NCBI RefSeq assembly: GCF_964204865.1
Contig: NC_135255.1
Coordinates: forward strand, 2,046,001 to 2,110,000
Source of the DNA: Styela clava
Lineage: Eukaryota
Length of the DNA: 64,000 nt
Direction of reading: 5' to 3'
Each line of letters starts with the position of its first letter. The first letter of the stretch is position 1. The notes beneath the pieces are model-generated. The model had not been told where the DNA came from. It saw only the letters and a list, made by a program, of their open reading frames with translations, and ran no database searches. This document shows, in pieces, positions 12,824 to 27,800 of this stretch. A program made the translations under genes and the position numbers.

Positions 12824-15800
12824 TCATATAAACCTAAAGCATTTTTGTTTCTCCCGAGGTAATCTCGTTTTAAATAATATAGAATCAACTCGAAACTGTG
12901 TTCCTAGTAACGGCATGTAGCCAAATACTTTTACAAAATAGTTTATACAAATATGACGTTCATCAAAATGTGATTGTGAAGTGGAGAGTGCCTCAGGACA
13001 GCCTGGGCATCGGAAAGTCCACCTTGATGTAACCTGCAACAAAATGGAAGAAGGCGTAATAGCGTGGTCTTGATGTAAATTTGGATTTACTCAGTCAGTA
13101 TCGCAGGTGACATAAAATCCAGACCATTTGGAACATATAATAGAGAGATCACAAATTCGGAGCAAAGGGTCCTAGATTGTTCCTCGAGTGTTACTTTTAT
13201 TCACTCAAGAATAATTTGTGAGTGTTCAGATAAAAAATTTCCACATCCAAGATATATCAGCTATATCAACCTTCATATATGTCGGTCAGATCAGATAACA
13301 GCATTGTTGAAATGGCAAATATTGCTAATAATAAGCTTCCATATACACATTAAAACTGTATGATGCAAACTAATTTTACCTTTATCGGAGGTAACCTTGT
13401 TAAATGCGACACAAGAAAATTCATAGCAATATCTTCACAGTTCATCAACTCATCAACTTTGTCTCTGATTTCTTGTGGCATCCAATATGAATACATATAC
13501 ATGTAGTACTGAAGAAACAATATTCATTATGTAATATCACAAAATTTATATAAGTGAACCGCACACAGGGGTTAATGGTCACAATCAGTAACCAAAAGCA
13601 GGTCTGTGGAGGTACGAAAAATTAGCGATAGACTCTGATTCTTGCATACAGTTCGAAATTTTTTTTTTATTTCAACTCTGCTCTAGGGTTAATGGAAATT
13701 TTGATTGGCCTCTAGCAAGATACATTTCAATACTCTGACGAATGTTAAGACTGCTAAGTCAAATTAAATTTTTTTTCCGAGTTACTATTGAAAATATTGA
13801 CTTTGAATATGATACTGAAACCCCAACTCCGACACAATAATAAACGCCTCAAACCCAAATCGACTAGGCATGGAGAGTTCTCCGATGCCATAAAATTGTT
13901 TACCATTGACCCATCAATAACATTAAATTGTAGTGAATAACGAATTCAAGCTGCCTGGATGAGAAACAAAGTGGTAAATCGACAGGAATTTTACATAAGA
14001 TATAAATGTATCAATATCATAAATACCTTATGAAAAAAAGCTGCACCAGTTAACACCATGGATAATTCACAGCAATAATCAGCATTATATTTCCATTTAT
14101 TCTCAGAAATATCCCAAGCATGATATCTGCCAGGAAAACCTACAATTCGTTCTCTGCATTCTCTCCATGATCTGCAATATGGAACAATTGGAGAAATATG
14201 AAATAGTTGAAAAAACTGCAATCAGAAAGAATGAGATTTTGCTGAACATATAACTGTGTAACTCAACACAGCACAAAATCAGACAGATTTCAATTGTAAG
14301 TCTCTGTTGACTAAAACAATAACTGGTGTGTTATTTTATTTCTAACTTTACCACATACAGATATTAGAACCATAACAACAAATTTGTCAAGAGCTCATTC
14401 TTTACATTTATCAGTGCAGGAAAAGAAAATATAAAAAAATGTCTCTGGGTTGGAACACAAAGTACATTCCAAAACTACTCATTCAATTATTGAATTGGTT
14501 CACAACTTTTATCAAAACTTTCTCCTTTTGCCTAATTTGAACCTTGTTTACTCTTCCCAACTACACATTAAAAACTTTGTTTCCGTCATTTATTCAATAT
14601 TCAGTAGATCATAGGGATGCGACGAATCCAAAAAGGTTCGGCTCGGCCGAATCCCGAGTATTTGCGCTGGACTCGTGTCCGAGTCCAATACTCTCACACA
14701 TAGCTCTGAAATAAATACCTAAAGCGATGCTGTTGTTCGTGTATATTGGCCGTAAATTAAACATTCTGTGTAAGATAAGATAAGACTATGTAATTCAAAA
14801 CGTTGCACATAAACACTATTGCTTTCGAGACGATCATTCGCTGAGCGGCTGGTTTAAATTAGTATAAATAGGTCCTATTCCCCGTCAAAGTAATACTTTG
14901 TTGCGTTGACTGCTGAAGACGCCGCGCTCGTGTCCTGTCACGATAAATATGGGCCATAACCCACACGTTTGGAACACATTTTTTATGGGAAATTTTTACT
15001 TATATGTTATCTTTTTTAGTCGGCGCTAATACAGACGCTCATCTCCGTGATAATTGAGATATTAATAAAGAATTACCAACTGTGGAAGCATCGAATAAAT
15101 GTATCTTATAAATATATCGTAACAAAATAGCTAGCTATTCTTCGTTTGAAAACCATCAATAGCGATTGTCGAATCCGCGGAAAATAAGAATGTGTAATTG
15201 TTGATTATAATTCAATAAGAGAGGCGTGAAAGGCGAAATGTGTTATATGCTAAGTTAGAGCTGCCTGTTCAAACTTCTGACACAATCATTTTCATTAATA
15301 CAAATAACGGCGCTTTGAAAAGCAAAATCGAATTTATTAACATTAATTTAGAAGGGAGAGTTACGTGTGAGAATTCACATACGACTCTACCTAACAGACA
15401 GAAACGATAAATGTGAGAATTATTATGTTTTTGGTTTTCTTCCTGCGCCTATCGTTATCTTTGCAATTCCCAATTTTGCATAAAGCGCGCCAACACCTTT
15501 TCACATTTAGAAACGTCAAACCCCATTAAATGAGGCAGGTAAATAACTTCGATGTCCGGCGTTGCGTGAGAACTGTTAGTGAAAAAAATGCACTTTAAAA
15601 ATATAGTTTACCAAAAACAATTAGGATGTCGGTCGCCGAAACGATCGCGGTGACAAAAAAAACAATTCGCCATTGTGATAAAATTACAGATAAGTGGTAA
15701 AGACGCCGCGTTGTTATCGAGTCTTCTAGTAATTTTCTACTATCAGTAAATAAAAAGAAATAGGCCGGCACTAATCGCGGTGTATGTAAATACTTTTTGA

Positions 15801-18800
15801 ATAAAAATAAAAAGTCGGCCCGATTAACATCCAATGACCACGAGTAATAGTTTCCAAATTTATACACATTTAATCGATGTGACTTGCGAGATTGTTTTTG
15901 TACATATATTCGATTGTGTCACTGACATCTGCGAGTTGTACTTTTTTCTCAGAAGTACCGTAATTTTCACTATTTTATCGTTTTATTTCTCACATTTGTT
16001 TCTCTCCGGAAATAACTAGATCATTTATGGAACGATAAAGGTGAACAGCGCGACATGGTTACCGCTGATTACGGATTAATCACTGTTCGAGGATTAGCAA
16101 GTATATGCTTGAAATAGGACGTGGTAAACATTTACTAAACGACGTCTGGCAATAGAAGGCAAGCTACACGCAACACTGGAATTTATTCAGCTGACTTTCG
16201 CTGACATTTTTTTGTTTTTACGGCGTCGTGAATTTGTAGTTTTGGCGCCTAGTTTTAATTTCACTGTAGAGAAAATACGCTGGACAGTCTCGTTGCAAAA
16301 CAGAACGTCGAATCCGCCACCAGTCTGCGCTTGACTATCGCGTGACGTATGATATTTCGGACTCGGGTAAAATTATCAAAGACTCGGACCGAATCCGAGT
16401 ATCAAGTTACGAGAGATTCGGCCACGAATCCGAGCACGAGTCCGAATCTTGTCGCATCCCTTAGATCATTAGAAGGTGATAACATGCAAATCATTCCGGC
16501 TTTTGTACAGTTTAAATAGTTTCTAATTGTAATGTGTGCATAAAAATGTATTACAACATTACTAAATAAGGAAATAAAATTGGTAAAACTACATCGAGTA
16601 CAAGGTAATACTTCTGTATTTCCTCAACAAAACAACAAAAATCCTATTTGGTGAGTGTCGCTGGAGTCCTCGTCGTCGTAGGGGGGTTCAGCTTCCAAAT
16701 CCATGTTTCAGAAAACAAATTGCTAACTAATTCCATACCAGACATGGAATAGTAACTGGACGAGAGGCCATGGTTTGCCACACGATTATGCCGTCTTGAG
16801 ACTTTCCTTTCCCTCTGTTTTAATATGTAAATTCTATCCTATACTGATTGCCAAAGTTATTAGAAGAATACTGGATATTCCCACCTGAATCCAAACAAAA
16901 TCTCATCATGGCGTAAATGTGCATCATCATCAATGGATAGCACAGCATCAGTGTCTATTTCACTAAACGGAAGAAATCGATTGTTCAAGCTATTTTGTTT
17001 AGGTCTGATAACAACAACATCAACTCCAATATCAGGCCATTGCATATCATCGGTCGGTGCATCAGGTGAATTCCAAACAACGATTACCTGTTTATCAAGA
17101 ATATTTGTTTTGTGTTAGAATTTCAGCAATTACTCCATTCTATTTCCACACACTACATTAATTCCCCAGTTCTTCGCTGCTATTATGGCACATTCAATGC
17201 ACGGTAATTTCTAGTAACAATATATAACAATTGAAATTAGTTGGCTAATTAGTAAAATTTATATGGTATTTATTAGTTGAAACTCTCCACCCCGATCTGT
17301 CAAATTAGATGTTAGAACCTTGGGTGTCGCAGCTCGATAACCAGTTTTGATTCCCCGCAGCTTCCCTTCCCCAGTAATGTAAATATCATTTTTCTTTATA
17401 TTTTTGCATTAACATTTATATTTTTGCATTAACATTCATAATTTTGCATTAACTACAGCCCGTTGGCTAATTTAATCTGGCTCGGCTGATGCTGCCACAA
17501 CCAAATTAAAACCAAATTTTGATGTTTTAGCTAAAAAAAAAGCTCAAGAAATTTGTTGAAATTGCGATTGAAAACTTTTTTCGTCATGCTTACATGGTCC
17601 GCCAGTCTAGGTGGGCAAAATTTTGTGCACTTGGTCCAAAAACCTTGCCCACCTATTTTTAACTGCTAGGCCATGGCGCCACCGTGTATAAAAATCTACA
17701 AACACAAAGCACAACATGCTTGAAAATATACTATCTGAAAAGGAGTCAGATCAGCTGGCTAGATTTGAACCGTCTCATCTTGGAATTATTGTCTAGAAAA
17801 TGTTACAGGAATAAACCAGTCAGTTCTTTACATGATTGTTTATGTAATGAAAAACCTATCTACTTAAGGTACTAATCTCACCTTATTCAGATATGGAAGA
17901 CCTTTCAATCTTTGTACAGATTGTAACATAACTTCTTCTCTTTTATATGTCAACATAACAATAGTGAATTGTTCCCTGGGTACATTTCCCCCTATCGATT
18001 GTTGAAATACTTCACCCACTCCCCCTTGACCTTCACCTATTGGTCTGAACCCAGTTGAAGAACCTGCATAAAAAGCGAAAAAAATACTTTCAAATTTTTC
18101 ATCCCTATCTATAGAATTGTATTGTTGTTCTTTTATGACTAAAAAAGTCCATAGGATAAAGTACGATGGTTTAACGATAACATAACCATTCCACCCTGGT
18201 TTATTAAAAAATTTTCAGACAAGACTGGAGTATGAAGTTTGATACAATATAAAGTAAACCTCATTTCCAAAGTAATTCATTCTTCAAGATGCAGAGCGCT
18301 GATCTTATTAACCTGGTCTATTGTTTGCCAGCATTATCCACGTACCAAACTAAGTCACCATAAGTTTTAAAAACTTTGATCACTGAATGACCTGACGTCC
18401 AGACTAGATCTATACACTGTAACGTCAATAATAATAGTTGGTGATAGAAAAATAGTATTAATTGAGCTAACCAAGAAATTTTGCATCTGAAGACAGGATT
18501 CTATCAAAAGGAGTTGATGGGTAAAGATGGAAAGGACCAGGAGATTTGTTCCACAAATCATCTGCATCAATTGTGACTGAAGTAAAATTCCTGATAAATT
18601 TAGCAGAATCTACTTTTCCTTCTGGTGGAGGCATCGCAAACTCAGATGTAGCATCTCCTGGTGCTTCTTCTTTTTCGAAAGCATAACTTTTATGCTCAAC
18701 TACGTTACTGCAATTCAAAATTGGTTTCATTGTTAGGTAAAGTGTTGGGTGATTTCATTGCATTTACTTGGTAAAGAGAAAAAAAAGCAAAATTATTATA

Positions 18801-21800
18801 AATACACAGTATATTGGATAATTATCCAGACTCTTCAAGATGAAAGATTGAAATTGAATATTTCATGTCGAGAAATGTAACCTTCAAGCAAAATAGATGA
18901 ATCTTGTTTTGACAAAATATTTACAAATCTTAGGGTTTATCAGGAAACCAAAGTTGTAAGGCCCCAGTAACTGGGACTGAGAATGATTAATTAATTTCGG
19001 GTAGTTACCTAATACTTAAAATAGATTTTGATACATAAGTCATATCATCAGGAAGTACTCGGGTAGTATATTTTCATCCATGAAAAATTAATTGCCAACA
19101 AAATTATCTCCTAGTCTTGGCAAACATCAAGAAAATGTGAAATTTCACTCCAAATGTATGGTAATTGAAATTTGGTAGTCAAATTCAAAAGAGTTTATAT
19201 TTTCTACGATCCAACTAAAATTGCATGACAACAAGTTTGAAAAAAAGTGTACAGTGTTTGAAATTTACAATTGCGACTGTTAACCCATCAATTCTGGCTG
19301 GAAATATCATTCCAATCGTAAACATATAATGATAAAATATTCAAGGTACAGTAAAAACGAAATGGGCTCCAACTCTGTCATTCCATTTACAAATTGAACG
19401 GCATCAAGTTTATCATTATCATTCAACATCCTCTTACCTCTGTTCATCTTGTATAGACAATGGTGGAATATTTAGTCTTGTACGAACAGTAGCCAACATG
19501 GAATCTAACACAGACTTGGCGGATGAAAAGTAAGTATCATAAATAAACTGTCCTTGTCTTCTCATGGCTAATATATCAGAATGTGGATAGCTTGACAACA
19601 AGAATCCAAGTTCAGTTATTCTTGCCTGTAAAGAGAAATGCACAAGGATATTAGCATGGTGTACAAACTAGGTTTATTCTGTCTATACAGAATGACCCCA
19701 AAATAAAATTCTGTTTGTGTTCAATTATATCCAAAAGTGCAGTATTCTAGGATGATATGCAGAAAAGTTACGTTGTCTCTAAAATATGTTGCAAATGACC
19801 TAGGTTCTGTTTCTTTGTGTCACCCTGACCCTGTATTATTGAGCTAGTGACATCTACATGCCACAAATATTAAATACCACGGCATGTGCTGACTAGATAT
19901 GAAAGATCAACAGATGGTAATGGAATTCCAATGAAATTTTAGTGTGATATTGTACTTCATTTGCTCAGTAAATCAAATGTTCATGTTTGTTTTAAAGTAA
20001 TCAGACAACCCAATATGAAATCTCATTATTTGAATAGGGTAGAAATGAAGCAAACATGAACTTTTAGATTCAATAAATAACACATTGTTGCATGGTCGAA
20101 CCAATTGAGAATATAAAATATTAAATCAAATGAGAATATAAATTATAAATTAGCAAAATTGCAAATTCAAAATATTTCAAGTGAATACACATAAACTCCA
20201 GTCCCCAGGCACTTCACCATTCAGTGCACAGTGCCTTTCAACCGTCTTATCATTGGGGAACCAACCCCTGATATTGGGCTCATCACAGAACCCCTACTGA
20301 CATTTATTCAAAAAAACATAAATGTATGAAAATTATATTTAGTTGTGAAGGTTATTACAGAAGTTAAAATGCATTAAATTTAATGACCTTCCTGCTATTG
20401 CATTTCTCTCGCAAACTTTATTTTGCGACTCCATGTTGCTCAATGAAGTATTTGTGCACATATTCACACTACTCAAGTACTCTTTATTCCTAACTGTTGT
20501 TAAAGCATAAAATACTGTGTCAAACAAAGAAGTATTTAGAAATTGACACTATCACCAAGCCCTACAGATCTCCAAAAATTCATAAAACCTATTAAGTTTT
20601 TTGAGGAACTCAGGTGTGAAAGCTCTGTCTTAGTATAAAATTTTCAATCATACCTTAGGCCACATAATAGAGGCTTTCTTCCAATCTATATGTTCATGAA
20701 AAGGGAGTTTCAATTGATTTCCAAGTATAATCGGAACGGCACCGGAATGGAGTGATTCTGCAAGTCTTGTGGCTAATAAAGCGGTGCTTATTATGTTGTA
20801 ATTTTCTGGTGCGACAATGAGAGAGAATGTTGATTGGGAGAGAACTTGTGTACGAGACTCCGTTGTTCCACACAATGCCCATTCAGACCTATTTTTAAAA
20901 TAGAATTAGTCATAAAATTTTTTGAAAGATTTCATTCAAAAATTTCTTTTCGGACTGAATTAAGGTTACGAATTCTTAGCAATGACCATAATCACATTTG
21001 AAATTTTTTTTAAAACTAACTTGAAACCTGAGGTAACCAATCTTCCATCCAGACAAGAGGATTCAAATAATATTTTCCCATGTTTTTCATCACTCGACAT
21101 CTCTTCCAGATGCTCTGTCAATGTTGCATGAAATTTTTCATCGACAGGTTCCAAATTCAAAGAATCCTCTAAAAAATTGTAATAATTACTAATTGATATA
21201 AGCCAAAACAGGTCTCCTATTGTTAATATTCTAAAAACTAAAAAAAAAGTGAATTATATAAAAATTAATCAGCACGATAAAAAAGTTGCGAGATATTGTT
21301 AATATTTATGTGGTTGTGTCATTGTGGTAAACATTTGGAGCATGTTTACAAGTTATCGCTGATCTATAGATGACTTTGTGGGGTTTCATAGAATTAAATA
21401 GTATGTGGATAATCATGTGCAAGAAAACGTTGCATGGTGCTGTTGTAGTATGGTTATAGTAACCACTGATGGGCTGGATTTCCAACAATTACTATTATTA
21501 AACCAACTTTGAACTGGTAACTGTTAACCGTACAAGAGACTGCGGTCAGCCATCTAACTTTGCTCTCCCTTCGATAGATATGAAAATGCCATCCCCTTTC
21601 ATAACATAGTTTTACCTTGTTCCTTCCCAATTTCTAATTCCTGATCTTCTTTAGGCGACCATTGACCAACAAAACTTAAAAAATATTTTCGCATCACTGG
21701 TACCTGTGACAAAAATTGAATAGCATTTTAACAAATCTTTAATAATTAGCAGGAAAAAATGCAATATGCCTACAAATTAGGTTTGTGGAAATTAAGGCAG

Positions 21801-24800
21801 TTACGAATTTGACAGAGTAACTCATTGGTATATATCTTTTGAGGAAGGTTCAGCAGTTGAAAAATCAAACTTTTGAATGTTATTAAAACATTTAGGTATC
21901 TTATTCCAACAATGCAAAGATTTTGTAGCTATAGTGCGGTTAATTTATTTTGGAATACGATTAATAAAATCTCTTTATTTACAGTTACAGATTACAGTCA
22001 TGACCATGAGTATTAAATTTGAATGTATCGAAAAGTACTATTACTACCAGTTGATACAAATTTTCACCTTGTTGAAGGATGAAAAAATATATGAAAAATA
22101 ATATCTCACACTAACCTGCATGATAGCATTAGATGGATTATTGTCTTCTAATTCACTGATATCAGAGAACTTTTTTACAAAATTCACTGAAAAAAAAGAA
22201 AAACAATTTACTACTCACTACACAAAATAAAAAACTAGCTTATGATAATAAATTTATAATGAAATTATCAGCAAATGTTTTACCAGCAAAGAAATTTAAG
22301 ATGGTTGCAGTAAACAGTCAAAAACAATATTAATTTAAAATACTCAATTATCTGTAGTTGTATTTTTGTACTACATTAGTATAAGTGGGTTAGTATCAAA
22401 TTCAGTAAGCGAGAATACAATAACTTTACTTACTCTTATCTGACGTAGAAATAAGTGATGGTAAAATAACATCAAATCCATCTCTGAACTGGGTTTTTTG
22501 AAATGATGATTGTGCAATCATTGCCCTGCCAGTATTAACTCCAAGCAGAAGATTCTGATTGGTTGATTGTCTTGACATATGAACAAGAATATGATTTCTT
22601 CCATCACCTTTCCAATAAGGAAGAGAATACAACCACCTCTGAATATTTGCAGGTTCTTGATTTCCTTTCAAAGAATCTAAAAGCCAATTTAATTTCATGA
22701 ATATATGTGTTGGTACCGCAGTTTTACTAGTAGAAGGAAGGAAACCATTAATTTTAGTTTGTGGAATTAATAGGTGTGGAAAATAATCATTCAGGATAAA
22801 GTCCTCGGCATGGCAGGGTGATTCCTGTGTCCACTGGTTGGCTATGAGTTCATCCAACACTCAGTTCAACATTAATATTTTCATGGACTCGGTGGCCTAG
22901 TAGTTAAACTGCTAGACTTGACTATGATGGCATGACAGGTTTAAACCTTGGGTTCAAATCCCCCTCCACCACCTCACCTGAAATGTATCAAATTGCGTAG
23001 GTAATACCAAACCAGAAAGGTTATGGTCTTTCCAAACAATAGTAGCTCCTTCCTACCTAGCAGTGGAGAGGGTGGAGTGGTAGAGCAAAAGGCATATAAT
23101 AAATACACCACTTAAAAATATAAATTCTACAGTTGCTTCTGATTAAAATGATATTTCTGATATAAAATCTGACTGAAGAATATCACCAAATGGATTTAAA
23201 GTACATACCGGTAATTGAATTAACATCGAAATAGAGAATAGTGGACCTTTTTGCATTTACAATATAGCCATTGCCAACACACTGATTATGTGTAAAAGAA
23301 TACCAAAATAAAAAAGATAAGTATACGCTATAGATGTGATCAGGGGCGCAGCCAGGGGGGAGGTTACATGGGTCGTAACCCCCCCCCCCCCTTTGGAATC
23401 TTTTTTTTTTTCAATAGTTTACGTTTACTTGCAATAATTTTATTCTTTGCGTTATCACTTTCGCCCAGCGTCCTAATTTATTATTTATGTTTACGATTCG
23501 TTATCGCTGTTACGCGGCAGTGGATCTAGTTGCCAGCGGGGGGTCACGGAAGTGACAATCTACACTAAACATTTTTAAATACAATTGTACTACCTTTCAC
23601 TTGACACAAATAGCAACGGACGTATCACACTATTGCCGTCAAAACTATTCCACAAGCGCGCTCTCGCCTCGCCACATTCAACGCATCCATACTTTTAATC
23701 ACATACGTTATCGTTGGTTATCGGCTTATCGCTAATTACGAATTTTAGTTATGTAGTGCATCTTTAACAAGCGATGGCACCAGGATCATAAGCAAATAAC
23801 AGACAAAATGAATTATTGGAAATGTATGGTTCATCGAAAAAAGGTGTCATAAAATAATATTCAATCTTCGAAAACAAAGCATTGCAAAATAATGTTCAAT
23901 CTTCGAGTAAAAAGTATCGTAATATAATGTTCAATCTTCGGGAAATTTTTTTTTAAAGAATAATGTTCAATCTTCGAGATTTTTGGGTAGCAAACTCGTC
24001 TGTCTGCGAAAAGCAGTTACATGCGTTGTCTTCCAGATCTTTCCAATAAACTGGTAACAATATGTTATTAAATTATAATTAAATTATTATAGTTAAATTA
24101 TCGCTGAAAGTGAAGAAGCGCTATGCGCAGAATGCAGCTATCACGGGCGCGGGATTTCAAATTCGTGACTATTTCACTTTCAGTAATATAGGTCTCGATG
24201 CATTGCAATAAAAATTAGAATTTATTAACAGTTAATTGCAACAAGCAAGAGTTTTACATTGAAAGACGTTCCAAATCAGTACGATACATGAGCTTGTTTT
24301 TAAATGATTGTAATCGTTTTATGAAGTTATAAATACGGGAACATCAAATATTTTTATTTTGGAAATGGATTGATATTTCGTGACGCACTCAAAAATAGTT
24401 TATGAACCATTGGCATTTGGCAAATATCATTAATTTATGCTATTTCTTAATGTTTCATGATTGCTAATATTTCATTCTATTCTTATTTTACATTTTTTGC
24501 GGTATTTCAATTAAAATCATGACGATGGCATTTTATTTAACTGTTGACAATAGGGTAATAATCGGCGATTACTAAAAGGTTGAAATGGGACATGCCAAAA
24601 CAAAATAAACGAATTGACGCCTGTCAAAGGGGGCAGGGTCTGGCGACAAATAGCCACATGTGTCGGTGTTTCTCTATCATCGGCATTTTCGGCATCACTT
24701 TGAAACTCTAAAACGCAAGGACACCCCGCGGAGTGAAGACTTTCTTTCGCACAGGGAAATATTTGAATTACGATTGCTGAATAAGCGAAAAAAACAAATG

Positions 24801-27800
24801 CTTATTTTCTTGCTTGAAACAACGATAAACCAATTTAACCCTGTTGCCAAAAGTAATAGCATGCATTATTAACAAACTGGTAATAATATGTTGATAAATC
24901 GCCGCTAAAAGTAGAGAAGCGTTATGTGCAAATATCACAGGAATTTGAATTTGCGACGAATTCACTTTCAGTAATATAGTTAACGGCGCATTGAAATGAA
25001 AAGTTGATTGATTTTTTTTGACCAAAGAGAATGGTCGGCGATTGCTGAAAGTAGGACATGCAAAGAAAGGCTAATGAGACACAGCGACGCACATGTTGTT
25101 TTGCCATCGTCGGAACATCTTTTTAAAGACCTATAAACGCGTTTTTATTTCACCGTAACCCCCCCCTTGAAAAAATCCTGGCTGCGCCCCTGGATGTGAT
25201 TTACCTTGTTCAACTTCTCCTATGATGACAACATACAAACATGCAATAGCAGGATCTGATGTAGCATAAGAATTTCCGAGAAAAGCATTCAATGAGGTAT
25301 CTAATATATAAGCTGTTTTCTGCCACACTGCATCTTCACCTGCAAAGCAATATATATCAAAACAATGGCAAAATAGGAGGCAATAAAGATTTGGCAATAA
25401 CACAAAAGGAAAACTTCTGGTAACATTTTATTTTCAACACTTCATAGGTCACTATGCAATAATCTGGAATATGTTATGTTTACAATACCAAATAAACTGC
25501 AAAATTTTTAACAAGGGTTGAAAATTTTACAAAATCATTTCTAGAAATGTTTTTTGAATTCAAATAAATAAAAAATGAAGAAGTATATATCTAAATTTAG
25601 ACTGTAACAACTTAAAAATCACAACTTCACATACTTCAAAACCAAAGAATTTTATCAATCAAGGAACATCAGCAGAAATCAATAACCAAAATTAACATAA
25701 TAGACAACAAAAATAAATTTTACCGTTGTTATTTGGTGGATAAACGTAAACGGGAAACTGTGATGTCAGAGAGCAACGAGAGTAATCGAAACAGTTATGC
25801 ATTCCACACCTACAAAACAAAAATATCAATGAAGGAATGCAGAATATTAGGTACTCACGAAGTATGTGAACCAAGATGGTGGACACCAGAAAATAGTATG
25901 TATACCGGGTTATGGTTTAGCCATAATTTCAGGTACAAATACTACGAGAGTCACTTGGCTAGTCCCTGAACTAGTAATAGAACTAAAATAAAGAACATTG
26001 GAATAAAATTATGACCCTAACCTGGTACACATACTACGTTCAGGTGTCCGCCATCTTGGTTCACATACTTCGGGAGTACCGAATAGTATTGTTATATGAT
26101 CAATTTAAAAACATTATACTGCTGACTGAGTTTCAATACTGAATACTAATAAGAAACATAACATTATAATGCTTGGAAAATGTTTTGAATATTGCCTAAT
26201 AATTAATAATTTGACAAATAAACATAAAATCATAGTAAAGTGGGAAAGGTCTACCTAGAATGGATCCTTCATTAATAGTAACTAGATATATACAATATGC
26301 CCAGAATCAAACAAACAATATTATAGATATATTAGACTAGGACTATCAAAATGAGCAAATTCAAAGTTAATGCAATTCACAGTTTATTGTATCAATAGTT
26401 CAATTAGTTCTCACCAATCTGATCGTGTAGGAGGATCAATATCAATATTGTCTTCCTCTTTTGGTAATAATCGTACTGGAGCCGCCATCTTCGGATTTTG
26501 ATAAAGAATCTCCAATCTTTCATTTTTGGTCTGCCAAACAGTAGTTACTTTTTAATTAAATCTTCACATTCAATTTATAAAGTAATTAGTAGTTGCATTA
26601 TTTAGTATTTATAGACCTTTGATATGTGATAAAGTAATAAATATATACAAATAAATAACAATAAATAAATAGCACATAAATGGAATGGAATTGGGCCATT
26701 CTTTTTATGATTTACTGTAGCTGAAAATGGAAGTGTTATTATAAAGATATTATTACTTTGCTACTAGTAAGCTAAGACTATTTTATGTTGATTTGTCACA
26801 AATTTTCTCAGAGCTATATACTGTTGTTTTTCCAGAGTTTTGCTGGCTTTTGATAGAAAATTGTGAAACCCAATATATTTTGAGCTAGCAAATTTCAGCG
26901 AGGTAGTGCATAGCTACCAGAATAAGGCTCACTAAGACTTAAATTTTTTGTCTTTATATCAGAGAATCACTCTGTTTTTAAAAATAGACATTGTTTGGAA
27001 AATCCTTTATGGCACATACTTTTGTACTGTCTATGACCCTTCACATTGCTGTATATATTGATCAGTAACAAACTATTGGAGAATAGAAGTTCATAATACC
27101 TGCAGTATTTGTCGTTTCAAAGATTCTAAATCAGACTGTGCACGCTTAGATTCTTTCTCTGCTAAAGTTGATTGACTTTGAAATCCAGTAATTTCATCCT
27201 AACAAAAATTGAACAAGAAATATTTTCTAATGGTGATTTCAAGGATTTCATTGATCGCAATTTGTATAACTTCAACACATTCAGTTAAAAAAAACAAGTT
27301 CGAAGGACATAAATGTTTTGGAGTGATGTGTTCAAGTGAGAATATCTAAAAAAAGTTAAAACTTAGGAATTGTGTCATATTTTGACATGTTCCTTAAATT
27401 ATTGTCTGGAGTACCATAATTTATAATCAAAAATGTCTGTGGCAATAATATAGCCTACCTGTAATTTGTTTCTTTGACTTTCTAAGTCCCGGAGTTCAGA
27501 TGAAACCGACCGCTTTATCCTTTGCAATTCCTCGATATGTTTAATATTTCTGAAAATATACCAGTAATTACCTAGATTCTTATTAGATTGCTTTATTATA
27601 TAACTCCAAAATGCTCATTAAGCATATATATATATGTATATGAAGAGCTGTGCAATTTAGCTGTTAATCAAACACAGGAATATCTAACAGTTCAACAGAT
27701 AATTATTCAGATGAGTAATGGCTAATTCTTTCTGAATAGTTAAATTAGAAATGAAGCAGATGAATTTGTTTTGTTAACTTATGTGGATTTCCACAGGGTT

